From a virus (taxonomy: Duplodnaviria > Caudoviricetes), in the IMG/VR virus record IMGVR_UViG_3300050139_000117, positions 1 through 58,317 of that record: 58,317 bases of DNA; one strand, 5' to 3'. The position numbers were made by a program, and so were the translations under genes. Below are positions 9,003 to 18,233 of this stretch, piece by piece. How positions within the stretch are numbered: the first letter of the stretch is position 1; each line of letters opens with the position of its first letter. The notes beneath the pieces were generated by a model. It did not search any database and was not told the origin of the DNA. It saw nothing but the letters and a program-made list of their open reading frames with translations.

Positions 9003-11048
9003 TTAATAATTTATTAATCGTTTAAACGTATTAATTTGTTCAAATAACTTATAGTTTGTGAAATATTTAGGTAAGTCAGATATCAAAACATATCCTTCAT
9101 GTGATTTATTATGTTCTTTGTCAGTAATCTTAACATAAACCTTTCCATCTAATTGAAAACGACTTCTATCAATATCAATTCTGACCATATTGTTTTCCAT
9201 GGTTTTACCATATGGGTCTTGACCTAATTTTTTAAGAATATTATTAAGTGATTGTATGACCTGTGATTTTAACTTAGCAACATTTTCTTTACCATCATCT
9301 GTTGGTTCATATTCGTCTTCACCTTTGAATTTACCTAATGAATTTTCAATACCATTTTCAATTGAACTAGTTATTCCACTTCTATCAATATGACCAAAGT
9401 TATAACTAGCTTCATTTACTTGTTCCCAAATAGAATCAACATTATCTGGCACATCATAAGCATCTAATATATTCTCAACTAAATGGACAATATTATGAAG
9501 GAATATTTCTCTATCTGAACTGAAAACAGCGTTCTTGGCTAAGAACATAACAAATGCACCTAAATTAACATTTACATCAGTTTCATCTTCTATGAATATA
9601 ATGTTTGTTATTTCATGATTTATTCTTTTCCATTCAGCATCTTCGGCATCAGATTGAGCATCTCCATATGCATATCCAATATCACCTTTAATGTCTTCAC
9701 TTTGTTGATATGTTTCCAATAAATCTTTAACTGTTTCTAAATCCCAAGTTAGCCCATATGATTTAAAGTCTTCACCAACATCTGGGTTGCTTGTCATGAA
9801 TGATTCCAATTCTGAATCATATGTATTAGATAATCCTTCATCATTACCGTCAAAATAATCACGGCCATAGGAATAACCACCATAACCTCCGTCATCCAAT
9901 TTGTCAAATAATTCTTTTTTTGATGAATCTAACTCATTCATTAATAACCTACCATATGATGATGTATCTAAAACAATATAATTGTTATAGAATCTAAGTT
10001 CAATATCATCTGGTACCAATTCTTGCAATCTAGAAAGAGCTGCCTCATCACCTTTATTAGCTAACGAAATCATCTGTCTCATTGATTTATGCTCTGGAGA
10101 AAATTTATCTGGTAAATGTTTTTCAAGCATTTCAAACTTATCTTCACCATAAGTATGTATAAAGTTATTTATCTGTTTTTCGCTTAGACTTTCTAAATAT
10201 TGCTTGATATCAGCATCTTGTAACACAATCAATTCAGTATAGGCCATTCTAAGTTGATTACGTCTATTGTTACTATCGTCTTTTAAATACTCTTCAAGTT
10301 TCCTTTTGCTAATTTGTGAATAACGTTTAAGAACATCTTTCTTATTCTTGATAAAATTAAATTGTTGGTCATCTAGGCCAATACCAAAAGATACGTATAG
10401 ATTTAATAAGTCATCTGGAAGTTGGAAGAACTGACCTGGAGTTATGGGACGAGCAATAGTTGGATAGATATCTAAATAACTACGTTTATTCTCATATGAT
10501 AAATGTTTGAAATCTTCATCACTGATACCGTTCTTAAATCTTTCATTCTTTTCTCTTTCTTCTGGAGTAAATGGTTTTGGAACCAAAACTTCTCTAATAG
10601 CATTAAGCTTAGGACTAATCTTAAGAATAGTTTGCCAACTCATTTGTTTATCACCATCATTGTTTGCTGATGATACAATATATTGGTCAGTTGTTGTGTC
10701 ATCCATCTTAGCATTTTTAGGTACTTGGATAACAAAGAAGTGATATGGGTATTTGAACTTGCCTTGGAAAACATTTTTAGTCATATTCCAAACACCAAAT
10801 TCTTTTTCAGTAAGTTTTAAGTTTTTAACAAAATAAAATGCTGGCTCATAAGGTTTGAATCTGTATGTGTAAAACATGTTTGATGAGTCAGACCTAGCAA
10901 CACACCATGAATATGGGAATTTACCTTTGTATTTTATACAAGCTCTTGGTGTATCAGCATAATAAACCTCAAAATTTTCATCTTTATAAACTGGTTTCCC
11001 ATCAACTTCAATTTCTTCACCGTCAACTAGTTGACATAGAACTTCCAC
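9003..11048 (-). CDS. Large acidic hypothetical protein; probable C-terminal part of a gene starting at 11316
   Basis: 681-aa ORF with weak GTG start overlapping the upstream ORF in the +1 frame; YSWCVA motif. Confidence 0.7.
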   Translation of the reverse strand: MEVLCQLVDGEEIEVDGKPVYKDENFEVYYADTPRACIKYKGKFPYSWCVARSDSSNMFYTYRFKPYEPAFYFVKNLKLTEKEFGVWNMTKNVFQGKFKYPYHFFVIQVPKNAKMDDTTTDQYIVSSANNDGDKQMSWQTILKISPKLNAIREVLVPKPFTPEEREKNERFKNGISDEDFKHLSYENKRSYLDIYPTIARPITPGQFFQLPDDLLNLYVSFGIGLDDQQFNFIKNKKDVLKRYSQISKRKLEEYLKDDSNNRRNQLRMAYTELIVLQDADIKQYLESLSEKQINNFIHTYGEDKFEMLEKHLPDKFSPEHKSMRQMISLANKGDEAALSRLQELVPDDIELRFYNNYIVLDTSSYGRLLMNELDSSKKELFDKLDDGGYGGYSYGRDYFDGNDEGLSNTYDSELESFMTSNPDVGEDFKSYGLTWDLETVKDLLETYQQSEDIKGDIGYAYGDAQSDAEDAEWKRINHEITNIIFIEDETDVNVNLGAFVMFLAKNAVFSSDREIFLHNIVHLVENILDAYDVPDNVDSIWEQVNEASYNFGHIDRSGITSSIENGIENSLGKFKGEDEYEPTDDGKENVAKLKSQVIQSLNNILKKLGQDPYGKTMENNMVRIDIDRSRFQLDGKVYVKITDKEHNKSHEGYVLISDLPKYFTNYKLFEQINTFKRLINY

Positions 11049-11316
11049 CTAATGGTCTTCTACCTCCAACAAAATCCACCAATTGCTCTAATTCGTGAAA
11101 ATCAGTGTAAGCATCAATATTATTACGTTTTTCTGGTGGAACTGAAATATCCAAATCTTTATCGAACATTTCTCTATATTTCTTATCTCTAATATCTTTG
11201 AATTTACTTACGTATTGATTCACAATATCTGGGTCCACCCCTTGAGAAATATATCGTCTAGTTTGAGATTTGAAATCCTCAGCTAATACATCTTGGAATA
11301 TTTGGTGTAATTTCAT
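11023..11316 (-). CDS. Probable N-terminal part of the frameshifted large gene
   Basis: MKLHQIFQDVLAE start, ATATTTAT motif upstream, ends AGT TGA C. Confidence 0.65.
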   Translation of the reverse strand: MKLHQIFQDVLAEDFKSQTRRYISQGVDPDIVNQYVSKFKDIRDKKYREMFDKDLDISVPPEKRNNIDAYTDFHELEQLVDFVGGRRPLGGSSMSTS

Positions 11317-11369
11317 GTTGGTACCGAATTTAACTATAAATATCGGTCAAAAACATAAAAAACCCTAAA

Positions 11370-11555
11370 TTAATCCTCAGATTTTGGCTTTTCTTTAAGT
11401 TGTTTGTTGCTTTTGATATGTTGAGGCCAAAAAGGGCAATGTCTACAACCAGAACCACAGCAAGTACCTCTATTTTTAAGATACTCTTCAGTAAGGATTA
11501 TCTGACCCTTTTCTAGGTAATAATCTTTACCTTGTTCAAATTTAAAGTTGCTCAT
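11370..11555 (-). CDS. Small Cys-rich protein (DUF5522-like)
   Basis: RGTCCGSGCRHCPF motif. Confidence 0.7.
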   Translation of the reverse strand: MSNFKFEQGKDYYLEKGQIILTEEYLKNRGTCCGSGCRHCPFWPQHIKSNKQLKEKPKSED

Positions 11556-11973
11556 AGCGTTTTTTCATTTTAAAATAGATTCTGTTTTCAAAATCTTTTA
11601 ATAGTGACTCTGGAATTGTTATTCCTAGGTCCTCAAAATCCTTAAGGATTTCTCTTTTGGTAAAGCTCCCTTCAACGATACCATCACTCCATTCATTCAA
11701 CCAAAGACCCCAAGATTTCTTACCAATTATAACACCCTTCACAATGTTTGGATGTCTCGATATTATTGGTGTCCCGTTCTTGTATTGACCATTGTCAAAT
11801 TTACGAAATGTATTTTTACCTTCTATTTCGTTCACATCGAATTCAACATCGACATTGCTACCACAGAAGGTAAGGATACCCTTACGATAAGATGTAAGGA
11901 AAAATATAAATATTTGATTAAAGTTTTCGGAATACCTTTGTAACTTTCTATCGTGTTTGGTTCCGATTTGCAA
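11542..11973 (-). CDS. Hypothetical protein (start uncertain)
   Basis: 143-aa ORF coupled to the downstream gene. Confidence 0.5.
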   Translation of the reverse strand: MQIGTKHDRKLQRYSENFNQIFIFFLTSYRKGILTFCGSNVDVEFDVNEIEGKNTFRKFDNGQYKNGTPIISRHPNIVKGVIIGKKSWGLWLNEWSDGIVEGSFTKREILKDFEDLGITIPESLLKDFENRIYFKMKKRYEQL

Positions 11974-12002
11974 TTTACGTAGTTCAATACGTTCTTGCTT
12001 CG

Positions 12003-12200
12003 TTAGGCTCCTAAGCCGTTGCCCCCTTGACCTGTCATTTTAGATAATTCTAATTGTAATTCACGAATCTTTGTTTGGTAAGTACCAACACTGATTTCTC
12101 GTGTATCGGAAGTTTTCTTTGTTAATGAACTTACCATCTCATCTTGAAGTTGCTTGATTCTTTCTTGAAGCTTCAACTTCTTTTTGTCTAACTTGCTCAT
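12003..12200 (-). CDS. Small coiled-coil protein (start taken at MSKLDK)
   Basis: The track's start at 12224 lies inside a tRNA-like gene. Confidence 0.5.
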   Translation of the reverse strand: MSKLDKKKLKLQERIKQLQDEMVSSLTKKTSDTREISVGTYQTKIRELQLELSKMTGQGGNGLGA

Positions 12201-12215
12201 GTTATTATTTATTAG

Positions 12216-12327
12216 TAGCGGCACCAGGAATCGAACCTAGGTTTATGGCTTGAAATGCTATTGATTGCTGAACGTAATCTTGACAGATTAACTTTTTTTC
12301 ATCGTGCTACCACTACACTATACCGCT
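12216..12327 (-). tRNA. tRNA(TTC, Glu anticodon) with a 41-nt insertion between positions 29 and 30
   Basis: Removing 12259..12299 gives ATGGC AT-TTC-AA GCCAT and a 71-nt cloverleaf. Confidence 0.65.
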
Positions 12328-12334
12328 AATTTTG

Positions 12335-12443
12335 CGGTCTTGGATGGATTCGAACCATCAACCACCTCCGTGCGTGGAGGCATTCATACCTACTCAAGTG
12401 TTTTACACTTGGCAACCTTTCGGCTGTTCTGAACTACAAGACC
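12335..12443 (-). tRNA. tRNA-Asp-like gene with two hairpins in the D-loop and a 6-nt anticodon loop
   Basis: GGTCTTG/CAAGACC acceptor, G73, CCTCC-ACGCAC-GGAGG, GATGG-TTCGAAT-CCATC. Confidence 0.55.
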
Positions 12444-12446
12444 AAG

Positions 12447-12521
12447 TGGAGAATATCGGATTCGAACCTGTGACCCTCTGCTTGTAAGGCAGATGCTCTA
12501 AACCAACTGAGCTATATTCCC
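12447..12521 (-). tRNA. tRNA-Val(TAC), imperfect T stem
   Basis: TCTGC CT-TAC-AA GCAGA; GCTC/GAGC D stem. Confidence 0.85.
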
Positions 12522-12531
12522 ATCTATGAGA

Positions 12532-12867
12532 TTAAATAATCTTATCCCATCTTAATTTACCATCAGCAATTGCTTTACGAATGTAACGCATTAGCGTGAT
12601 TGTTTTATATGAATTTTCAAATCTAGTTTCACCAACATCTGTTGATAACTTAATTATCTGAATCTCATCTTCACCTTCATTTTCTGGTGACATGTAATCT
12701 GTTTCAACAATTGCTATTGGAAATTCATATTTGTATTTCTCAACCACACCAGCTTCAAAAGTATAAAATAAATTACCTTCTTTATAGTGTGAAAATTTTG
12801 CTTCACCAGACTTAACCATTTCTGGTAAGGTATGTGGTATTTGTATTTTTTCTATATTTGTTTCCAT
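12532..12867 (-). CDS. Hypothetical phage protein
   Basis: 111-aa ORF. Confidence 0.65.
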   Translation of the reverse strand: METNIEKIQIPHTLPEMVKSGEAKFSHYKEGNLFYTFEAGVVEKYKYEFPIAIVETDYMSPENEGEDEIQIIKLSTDVGETRFENSYKTITLMRYIRKAIADGKLRWDKII

Positions 12868-12873
12868 ATTAAT

Positions 12874-13206
12874 TTATTTTGGTCTTACCCCGTTAGCATA
12901 ATGTATTTCATCACGTCTATCAATTTCACTGAATGGACTGGTACCAATACCAATCATATCAATATTTTTGAAACCATTTTCTTCAGTAATGATTGTTTCA
13001 TCTGGTAATACACTTCCAGTAAACTTATCAAAACCTTTTTTGTTTTCAATCTTACCAGTTGAAGGATTAAAAGAACCCCAATCAGCTGGTCTACCATTAC
13101 CTTGTGGTTCGATAAAATAACTAACACCAGTTTTACTAGATGTTACTCTAAATCTTCCCGTTTCATCTCTGTCTTCAAAAAATTTTGCTCTAATCGTTGC
13201 TTCCAT
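12874..13206 (-). CDS. Hypothetical phage protein
   Basis: 110-aa ORF (TGRF.V.S..TG..YFIEP...WG motif). Confidence 0.65.
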   Translation of the reverse strand: MEATIRAKFFEDRDETGRFRVTSSKTGVSYFIEPQGNGRPADWGSFNPSTGKIENKKGFDKFTGSVLPDETIITEENGFKNIDMIGIGTSPFSEIDRRDEIHYANGVRPK

Positions 13207-13237
13207 TTGTTTTATTTTTAAAACACTTTTTATTTTG

Positions 13238-13308
13238 AGTCCCTAGATGGATTCGAACCACCGTAAAAGCTTTTGCAGAGCTTCACCTAGCCACTCGGTC
13301 ATAGGGAC
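13238..13308 (-). tRNA. tRNA-Cys(GCA)
   Basis: AAGCT CT-GCA-AA AGCTT; U73 discriminator. Confidence 0.92.
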
Positions 13309-13313
13309 ATATT

Positions 13314-13589
13314 TTATTCTTCTTTATATTTAATCACCGTCACAATTTCTTGGTCTGGTGGTAAATTGTTAATTAATCTTACTGAAACTGGTAATATGTA
13401 ATTATCATCACAATTCTTCCCTTCTTCACAACATTCCCACTCACCAGTTTCTTCATTCTTAACCATCCTTTTACAACCTTCATATAGTTGTGCGATGTTT
13501 CCTTTTACATGACCTTTCAAACCATCAAGTAAACCTAAAGAATCCCATTTACTAACGATTTCTTCTCGTTTTATTTTATCATTTTCCAT
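13314..13589 (-). CDS. Small protein resembling the N-terminus of gp23-type major capsid proteins
   Basis: KWDSLGLLDGLKGHVKGNIAQLYE. Confidence 0.5.
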   Translation of the reverse strand: MENDKIKREEIVSKWDSLGLLDGLKGHVKGNIAQLYEGCKRMVKNEETGEWECCEEGKNCDDNYILPVSVRLINNLPPDQEIVTVIKYKEE

Positions 13590-14260
13590 TCTTCAATCTT
13601 TTTTTTAAGTTCTTCTAATGTTATCGAAGATTTATCTTTCTTTTTACTATTATCATAATGTCTAACTAATTTACAATTAGCTGGGTGAGCAATTATTTTT
13701 GGGTCTATGTTATTTATATACCCTTCTTTGACTGAATACATATGGTCTCTACTAACACCACCTAAATTATCACCTCTATTTTTAGCCTTATACCATCCAT
13801 ATTTTTCAATAAGTTTAAAATCAAATTTGTTTGGATAATCGTTAAGACTAAACTTAAATTCACACAATTGTCTATATCTCACTAATCCAACAGCATTACT
13901 TTCACCATACTTACCATTTTTCCAAGCTAATGATAATCCTTCACTTTTACTTCTTGGGGTTAACTTATTATTTTTAACACCCCATTGTAATGCTACTGTT
14001 GTTAGTCCAAACTCTTTTCGTAAATCATTATATGATAACCCATCATTATATAATTTCTGAATCTCACCCCAATTATAATTTACATATTTAGTTTCACCTT
14101 TATTACCACCACTTATAAAAGGACTTTTATATCCTAATCTATGTAGTTTTCTAGTTACACTACCTTGTGATATTTTAAATACATCTGCAATTTGCCTAAA
14201 ATTATATCCTTCTTCTATTAACGATATCGCTTTATTAATATTTTCTTCTGTCCATTTCAT
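13571..14260 (-). CDS. HNH-type homing endonuclease with N-terminal HTH (start MKWTEE)
   Basis: SRDHMYSV...IIAHPANC...NSKK; the longer start runs through a tRNA. Confidence 0.75.
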   Translation of the reverse strand: MKWTEENINKAISLIEEGYNFRQIADVFKISQGSVTRKLHRLGYKSPFISGGNKGETKYVNYNWGEIQKLYNDGLSYNDLRKEFGLTTVALQWGVKNNKLTPRSKSEGLSLAWKNGKYGESNAVGLVRYRQLCEFKFSLNDYPNKFDFKLIEKYGWYKAKNRGDNLGGVSRDHMYSVKEGYINNIDPKIIAHPANCKLVRHYDNSKKKDKSSITLEELKKKIEEWKMIK

Positions 14261-14313
14261 ATACAATAAATATCTGAAACTTTTCAAAAAGTCAGAGATG
14301 TTTAAACCACTAG

Positions 14314-14383
14314 AGCTGGTGGTTGGAATCGAACCAACACTATTAGTTTTGCAGACTAATTGCTCTCCACGAACAACACCAGC
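14314..14383 (-). tRNA. tRNA-Cys(GCA), second copy with reduced D-loop
   Basis: GCTGGTG/CACCAGC, TTAGT CT-GCA-AA ACTAA, U73. Confidence 0.8.
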
Positions 14384-14440
14384 ATTTATCAAAGAACGTT
14401 TGGTTTTAAACCACTCACAACACGTGAACATATATAAAAC

Positions 14441-14508
14441 AAAAAAACCCATCTTTTGGATGGGCTACAGTTGTTTAAGTTATAATCTACTTAACAAACA
14501 TAGCCCAT
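14441..14508 (-). terminator. Attenuator terminator with overlapping antiterminator
   Basis: CCCATC-CAAAA-GATGGG-T7 terminator; ATGGGCTA in the leader (14501-14508) complements TAGCCCAT (14460-14467). Confidence 0.8.
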
Positions 14509-14565
14509 GCCGTCTACCACTAGTAAACACAATAAAAGGACTAATATGTTTGATAAATTTTTCAT
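14491..14565 (-). CDS. Leader peptide MKNLSNILVLLLCLLVVDGMGYVC
   Basis: 24-codon uORF between the promoter (14608-14615) and a terminator, upstream of Cys/Cys/Val tRNAs. Confidence 0.7.
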   Translation of the reverse strand: MKNLSNILVLLLCLLVVDGMGYVC

Positions 14566-14595
14566 TTCTTTTGTTTGTGGGTTTCCCCGTTTGTT

Positions 14596-14639
14596 AATAA
14601 ATATATGCAAAGGTACTAAAAGTTTTTGATATTGTCAAG
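14596..14639 (-). promoter_or_regulatory. Bacteroidota-type promoter (TACCTTTG) plus ATATTTAT motif
   Basis: Matches the TAnnTTTG -7 consensus; same motif recurs before many minus-strand genes. Confidence 0.7.
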
Positions 14640-14680
14640 TTTTTTTTAATATATTTTTGATATTTATATCAAACACCTTT

Positions 14681-15247
14681 ATGCTTAAGCAATTAGTTCG
14701 TAAATATCTCCTAGAATACATGATTGATGAAGCGGTTCCTATGGGCCACTTTAAAGACCGTGTAAAAGAGGTTATTGGTGATATACAGTCGATTCAGTTA
14801 CCCCCTAATATCTATTTACCTAATGTACCACAAGAAGTTCAAGATGCTTGGATAATCAGTCAAATCAAAGCCAAGATGCTTGCTAAGATAAACGCTGTTG
14901 AAGCTAAAGACTATCCTACAACTAGAGGTAGTTGTGTTTTGGTACCACTAGGTATAATTAAAGTTCAACCTATAAAAGGTAATCCAACCAACATTTTAAT
15001 CACTGCTAAAAGAAAAGAAGGAACGATGACTGGATTCTCTTACTATATCACTATATATGAGAATCGTATGCCTACTATTGTTCTTGCTGACCCAAAGATT
15101 AGAGCTAACTCTAGCATTGGGGCTCAACTACAAGCACATATTGATAACACCGTTAAAAATAATTGGCCTGTGAATAAGGAAAAGTCGTTTATAGACAAAT
15201 CCTTTATTGATAACATCATTATACCGATGTCAGAGTTTAAAGTTTAA
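14681..15247 (+). CDS. Hypothetical, possibly virion-packaged protein (start MLKQLVRKYLLE)
   Basis: ATATTTAT motif upstream; shared N-terminal pattern ending in LLE. Confidence 0.6.
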   Translation: MLKQLVRKYLLEYMIDEAVPMGHFKDRVKEVIGDIQSIQLPPNIYLPNVPQEVQDAWIISQIKAKMLAKINAVEAKDYPTTRGSCVLVPLGIIKVQPIKGNPTNILITAKRKEGTMTGFSYYITIYENRMPTIVLADPKIRANSSIGAQLQAHIDNTVKNNWPVNKEKSFIDKSFIDNIIIPMSEFKV

Positions 15248-15528
15248 TCCAGTGTATCTAAAAATTCACTATTCGTAAACTCGATATAAATTTCAATAGT
15301 TCCGTCTTTAAGTTTTGCTTCAACTTGTCTTACTTCACCAATGACATTAGCATAAATTATTTCATTTATACTAGCAATATCTTCTTCATTAACAGTTGCA
15401 TCTTTAAACTTGATGAGTGCATCAATCGGCTCCTTATCAATCGGTATAATACTAGATAGTTCAAATCCAGATACACCAAATTGAGCTATCATGGCTAAAA
15501 AAATACCTGTTAAATTTACATTTTTCAT
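15244..15528 (-). CDS. Hypothetical protein
   Basis: 94-aa ORF with TACCTTTG promoter. Confidence 0.55.
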   Translation of the reverse strand: MKNVNLTGIFLAMIAQFGVSGFELSSIIPIDKEPIDALIKFKDATVNEEDIASINEIIYANVIGEVRQVEAKLKDGTIEIYIEFTNSEFLDTLD

Positions 15529-15597
15529 GTTATTATTAATTAGACTACAAAGGTAAACATTTTTTCTGTATCTACCAAATATTTATATGATAATCGT

Positions 15598-16344
15598 ATG
15601 AAAATCTATAAACTATATGAATCTCTGTTATTAGAGACCGAAATCGAATCTTGTATTAAAAAATTCGGTCACGAGCTATTTGGTCATGAACTTGGTGGAA
15701 CTGAGCACAATACAGGTATAGAAAATCAGTACGTTAGAGACATTAATGACTTCACAGACAATAAATTTGGTGAAGAAACAACTCCAGCGTTCATTTCCGC
15801 ATTAAAAACCTTGAAAGGTTGTATGAAACAATACCCAGAAGTTCTAATGCCAGAAAAAACAAACGTTTATAGAGGTACTGTTGTTCCATTAAAATACTTT
15901 GTAGATAAAAAACAACCTATAAGTTCTTCTAATTCAGTACCTTATGTATATAAGGCTAATAGCCAAATTCAAAGTTGGTCTACAACTTTTGATGAAGCTG
16001 CTAGATTTGGTAATAATGAAATGATTAATGAGATTGCTGATGAAATTGATTTTAAAGAATACTCAACACCAGAATCTAGACAAAAACTCATTCAAGAATT
16101 GATAGCTAAAGATTTGAGAATAGCATTCGTATTAGAATACGCTACAAACCCTCAAGAATTCATTTTTAAATCGAAATACTTCAGAATGCTATCAATGGCT
16201 CATCATGAAGATGAACTCATTAGAATCGATAATAAATCTATTCAAGTGAAAGCTCAATATAATGATACCAAGAGTGATTTCCAATTAGCTAAAAAAACCA
16301 TGATTTTGATGAAATATATCAATGCTGGTATCCAAGGTATTTAA
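15598..16344 (+). CDS. Putative R-S-E type ADP-ribosyltransferase
   Basis: VYRG ... QSWSTT ... EDE motif order. Confidence 0.55.
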   Translation: MKIYKLYESLLLETEIESCIKKFGHELFGHELGGTEHNTGIENQYVRDINDFTDNKFGEETTPAFISALKTLKGCMKQYPEVLMPEKTNVYRGTVVPLKYFVDKKQPISSSNSVPYVYKANSQIQSWSTTFDEAARFGNNEMINEIADEIDFKEYSTPESRQKLIQELIAKDLRIAFVLEYATNPQEFIFKSKYFRMLSMAHHEDELIRIDNKSIQVKAQYNDTKSDFQLAKKTMILMKYINAGIQGI

Positions 16345-16379
16345 CTTGACTCTTATTTAAAAAATCACTATAATTGTAA

Positions 16380-16703
16380 ATGGGATACGTGTATTTATTT
16401 TTGGAAGTTGATATTACTGGCAATGAAGCCTTCAAAATTGGCATTACCAAAAATGACCCTAACAAACGTATCAAACAGCTTCAAACTGGTAATTCTAGAA
16501 AACTTACGTTAATGAATAGCTATGAATCAGAATTGTATCTTAAGGTTGAGCAATGGTTGCACAAAAAATACCATACCAAAACAGAAGCTGATAATGAATG
16601 GCGAAGCCTTACAAACGAAGAAGTAATGTCATTCCAAGAAGACTGTAAAAAAGCAGATGAAATTATTCAATATATGATAGCTAACAATCCTTTTTACAAA
16701 TGA
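16380..16703 (+). CDS. T5orf172/GIY-YIG-like nuclease domain protein
   Basis: GYVYL...FKIGIT..PNKRIKQLQTGN...E..LH...EW. Confidence 0.8.
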   Translation: MGYVYLFLEVDITGNEAFKIGITKNDPNKRIKQLQTGNSRKLTLMNSYESELYLKVEQWLHKKYHTKTEADNEWRSLTNEEVMSFQEDCKKADEIIQYMIANNPFYK

Positions 16704-17212
16704 TGTTCAGCAAAAAGCTTTCTATACATTTTTAAAAACTCTTTCTTAGCCTTCTTCTTGCTCCAGCACTTAAACGTTTTTCTATCATGAGCAACCAAAT
16801 TCTCCCATTCAAGTTGTAGAAGTTTTTTATCAATCTTCTTTATTTTTGGTGAATACGGATAAGGTACATTGAATCGTTTGAATATAACAGCCATTAAGTT
16901 ATTCTCAACTTTTTTATATTGAGATAGCTTCGCTTTTATTGGCGTTGGCATGTCCAAGATAAAAGCTTCTGTTGCATCATGTATAAGGGCAGCTCTTTTA
17001 TTTTTTTTGGTCTTGGCCATTCTAGCTGCAAGAACACAATGTTGTGCAACTGAATAGTGTCTATTTAAGTGACCACCCCATCTAGGTAAACCAGATAATG
17101 CATGAGCAATATCTTCAATGGAAATCATTTCTGGTGTTGGTTTGAAAACGTTTATACAGATACCAGAGTTGGTTCTTATACTGTTCTTCGGTAAATCTTC
17201 AATTCTAATCAT
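16694..17212 (-). CDS. HD-domain phosphohydrolase (YfbR/YfdR-like)
   Basis: EDIAHALS..PRWGGH...YSVAQH...ALIHDATEA...DMPTPIK. Confidence 0.85.
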   Translation of the reverse strand: MIRIEDLPKNSIRTNSGICINVFKPTPEMISIEDIAHALSGLPRWGGHLNRHYSVAQHCVLAARMAKTKKNKRAALIHDATEAFILDMPTPIKAKLSQYKKVENNLMAVIFKRFNVPYPYSPKIKKIDKKLLQLEWENLVAHDRKTFKCWSKKKAKKEFLKMYRKLFAEHHL

Positions 17213-18228
17213 GCTGTTTGTTTTCGTTTATTCAAATAGTCTTCAAAATACTTATATATTGTTTCTTGATTTGATTGAAACATAAATTCATCGTAGTCAC
17301 GAAAAATACCTTCATTTACAAACTCTTTGAATCCATTAAGTACTACTCCAAGTTCTTTTCCCTTAAAACCATACTTACGCATTACATCACCACCATTAAA
17401 CTTAGCATTGATGTAAAGGTCTTTGCAATGCTCATATTCAAATCTGCGAATTTCTAATTCAACACCAGCTTCTGGGAAGAACTTGGCAGCTGCTTCAACA
17501 TAAACACTTTTATCTTTATTATATTGATATCTGTGATTATCGTTTTTGGCATTGGCTTCAATCCATTCAAGAAATGACATATATGATTTACGTTTAACGT
17601 CACGTTCTCTATTAACTCGGTTGTTATTTTCCAATTGAAGATATTCCCAGTTAAAATATTTGCTGGTAGCAACAAATTCAAAAATTTGCTCAAGTGTATC
17701 AAAACCTTGTTTCCAACGGTCATATGAAAGACCTAGAAATTCATAGATTTTATCGTAATCCTTAGAAACGATAACTCTACCAATATTTGAACCCTTAAAA
17801 TAATGGTCATACATAAGACCTTCTTGGCCATACTTAAAACCAAATCCATGAGCAATTTTACCAATGTAATTTCCAAGGTCGTTATAGCTCAAATAATTAT
17901 AGTTTGAATCGAAGTGTTCGGGTGCTACAGTGATTAAATCAACTTGTAGTTCACGGAAATCAAATGTCCAACAGTTACCATTATGGAAAATTTCATTTGG
18001 TTTAAATGTTTCAGTAATATATTCACGCATGTTACCGTTATACTCTTCCATTGAAAGGATGTAATCAGCATCACCGAAAGATTCTTTCTTGCGATAAAAT
18101 AATGGCATTTCAACTCTCTTAAACGTTTGTTTAAGTGTTGCTGTTAGTTCATTGGTGATAACCTCGAACTCACCTCTCTCATATCTGCGAGTTGGTGTAT
18201 TTTTAAGTGCTAATCCTCCAAAGTACAT
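17209..18228 (-). CDS. Pol-beta-superfamily nucleotidyltransferase-like protein
   Basis: KESFGDAD and QVDLI acidic motifs; C-terminal GKELG tail. Confidence 0.6.
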   Translation of the reverse strand: MYFGGLALKNTPTRRYERGEFEVITNELTATLKQTFKRVEMPLFYRKKESFGDADYILSMEEYNGNMREYITETFKPNEIFHNGNCWTFDFRELQVDLITVAPEHFDSNYNYLSYNDLGNYIGKIAHGFGFKYGQEGLMYDHYFKGSNIGRVIVSKDYDKIYEFLGLSYDRWKQGFDTLEQIFEFVATSKYFNWEYLQLENNNRVNRERDVKRKSYMSFLEWIEANAKNDNHRYQYNKDKSVYVEAAAKFFPEAGVELEIRRFEYEHCKDLYINAKFNGGDVMRKYGFKGKELGVVLNGFKEFVNEGIFRDYDEFMFQSNQETIYKYFEDYLNKRKQTA

Positions 18229-18233
18229 ATTTT

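Noticed and set aside
14261-14597. N-terminal extension of ORF 13571..14452 and ORF 14298..14597(+)
   Set aside because: They overlap tRNA-Cys and the attenuator; the likely start is MKWTEE at 14260.
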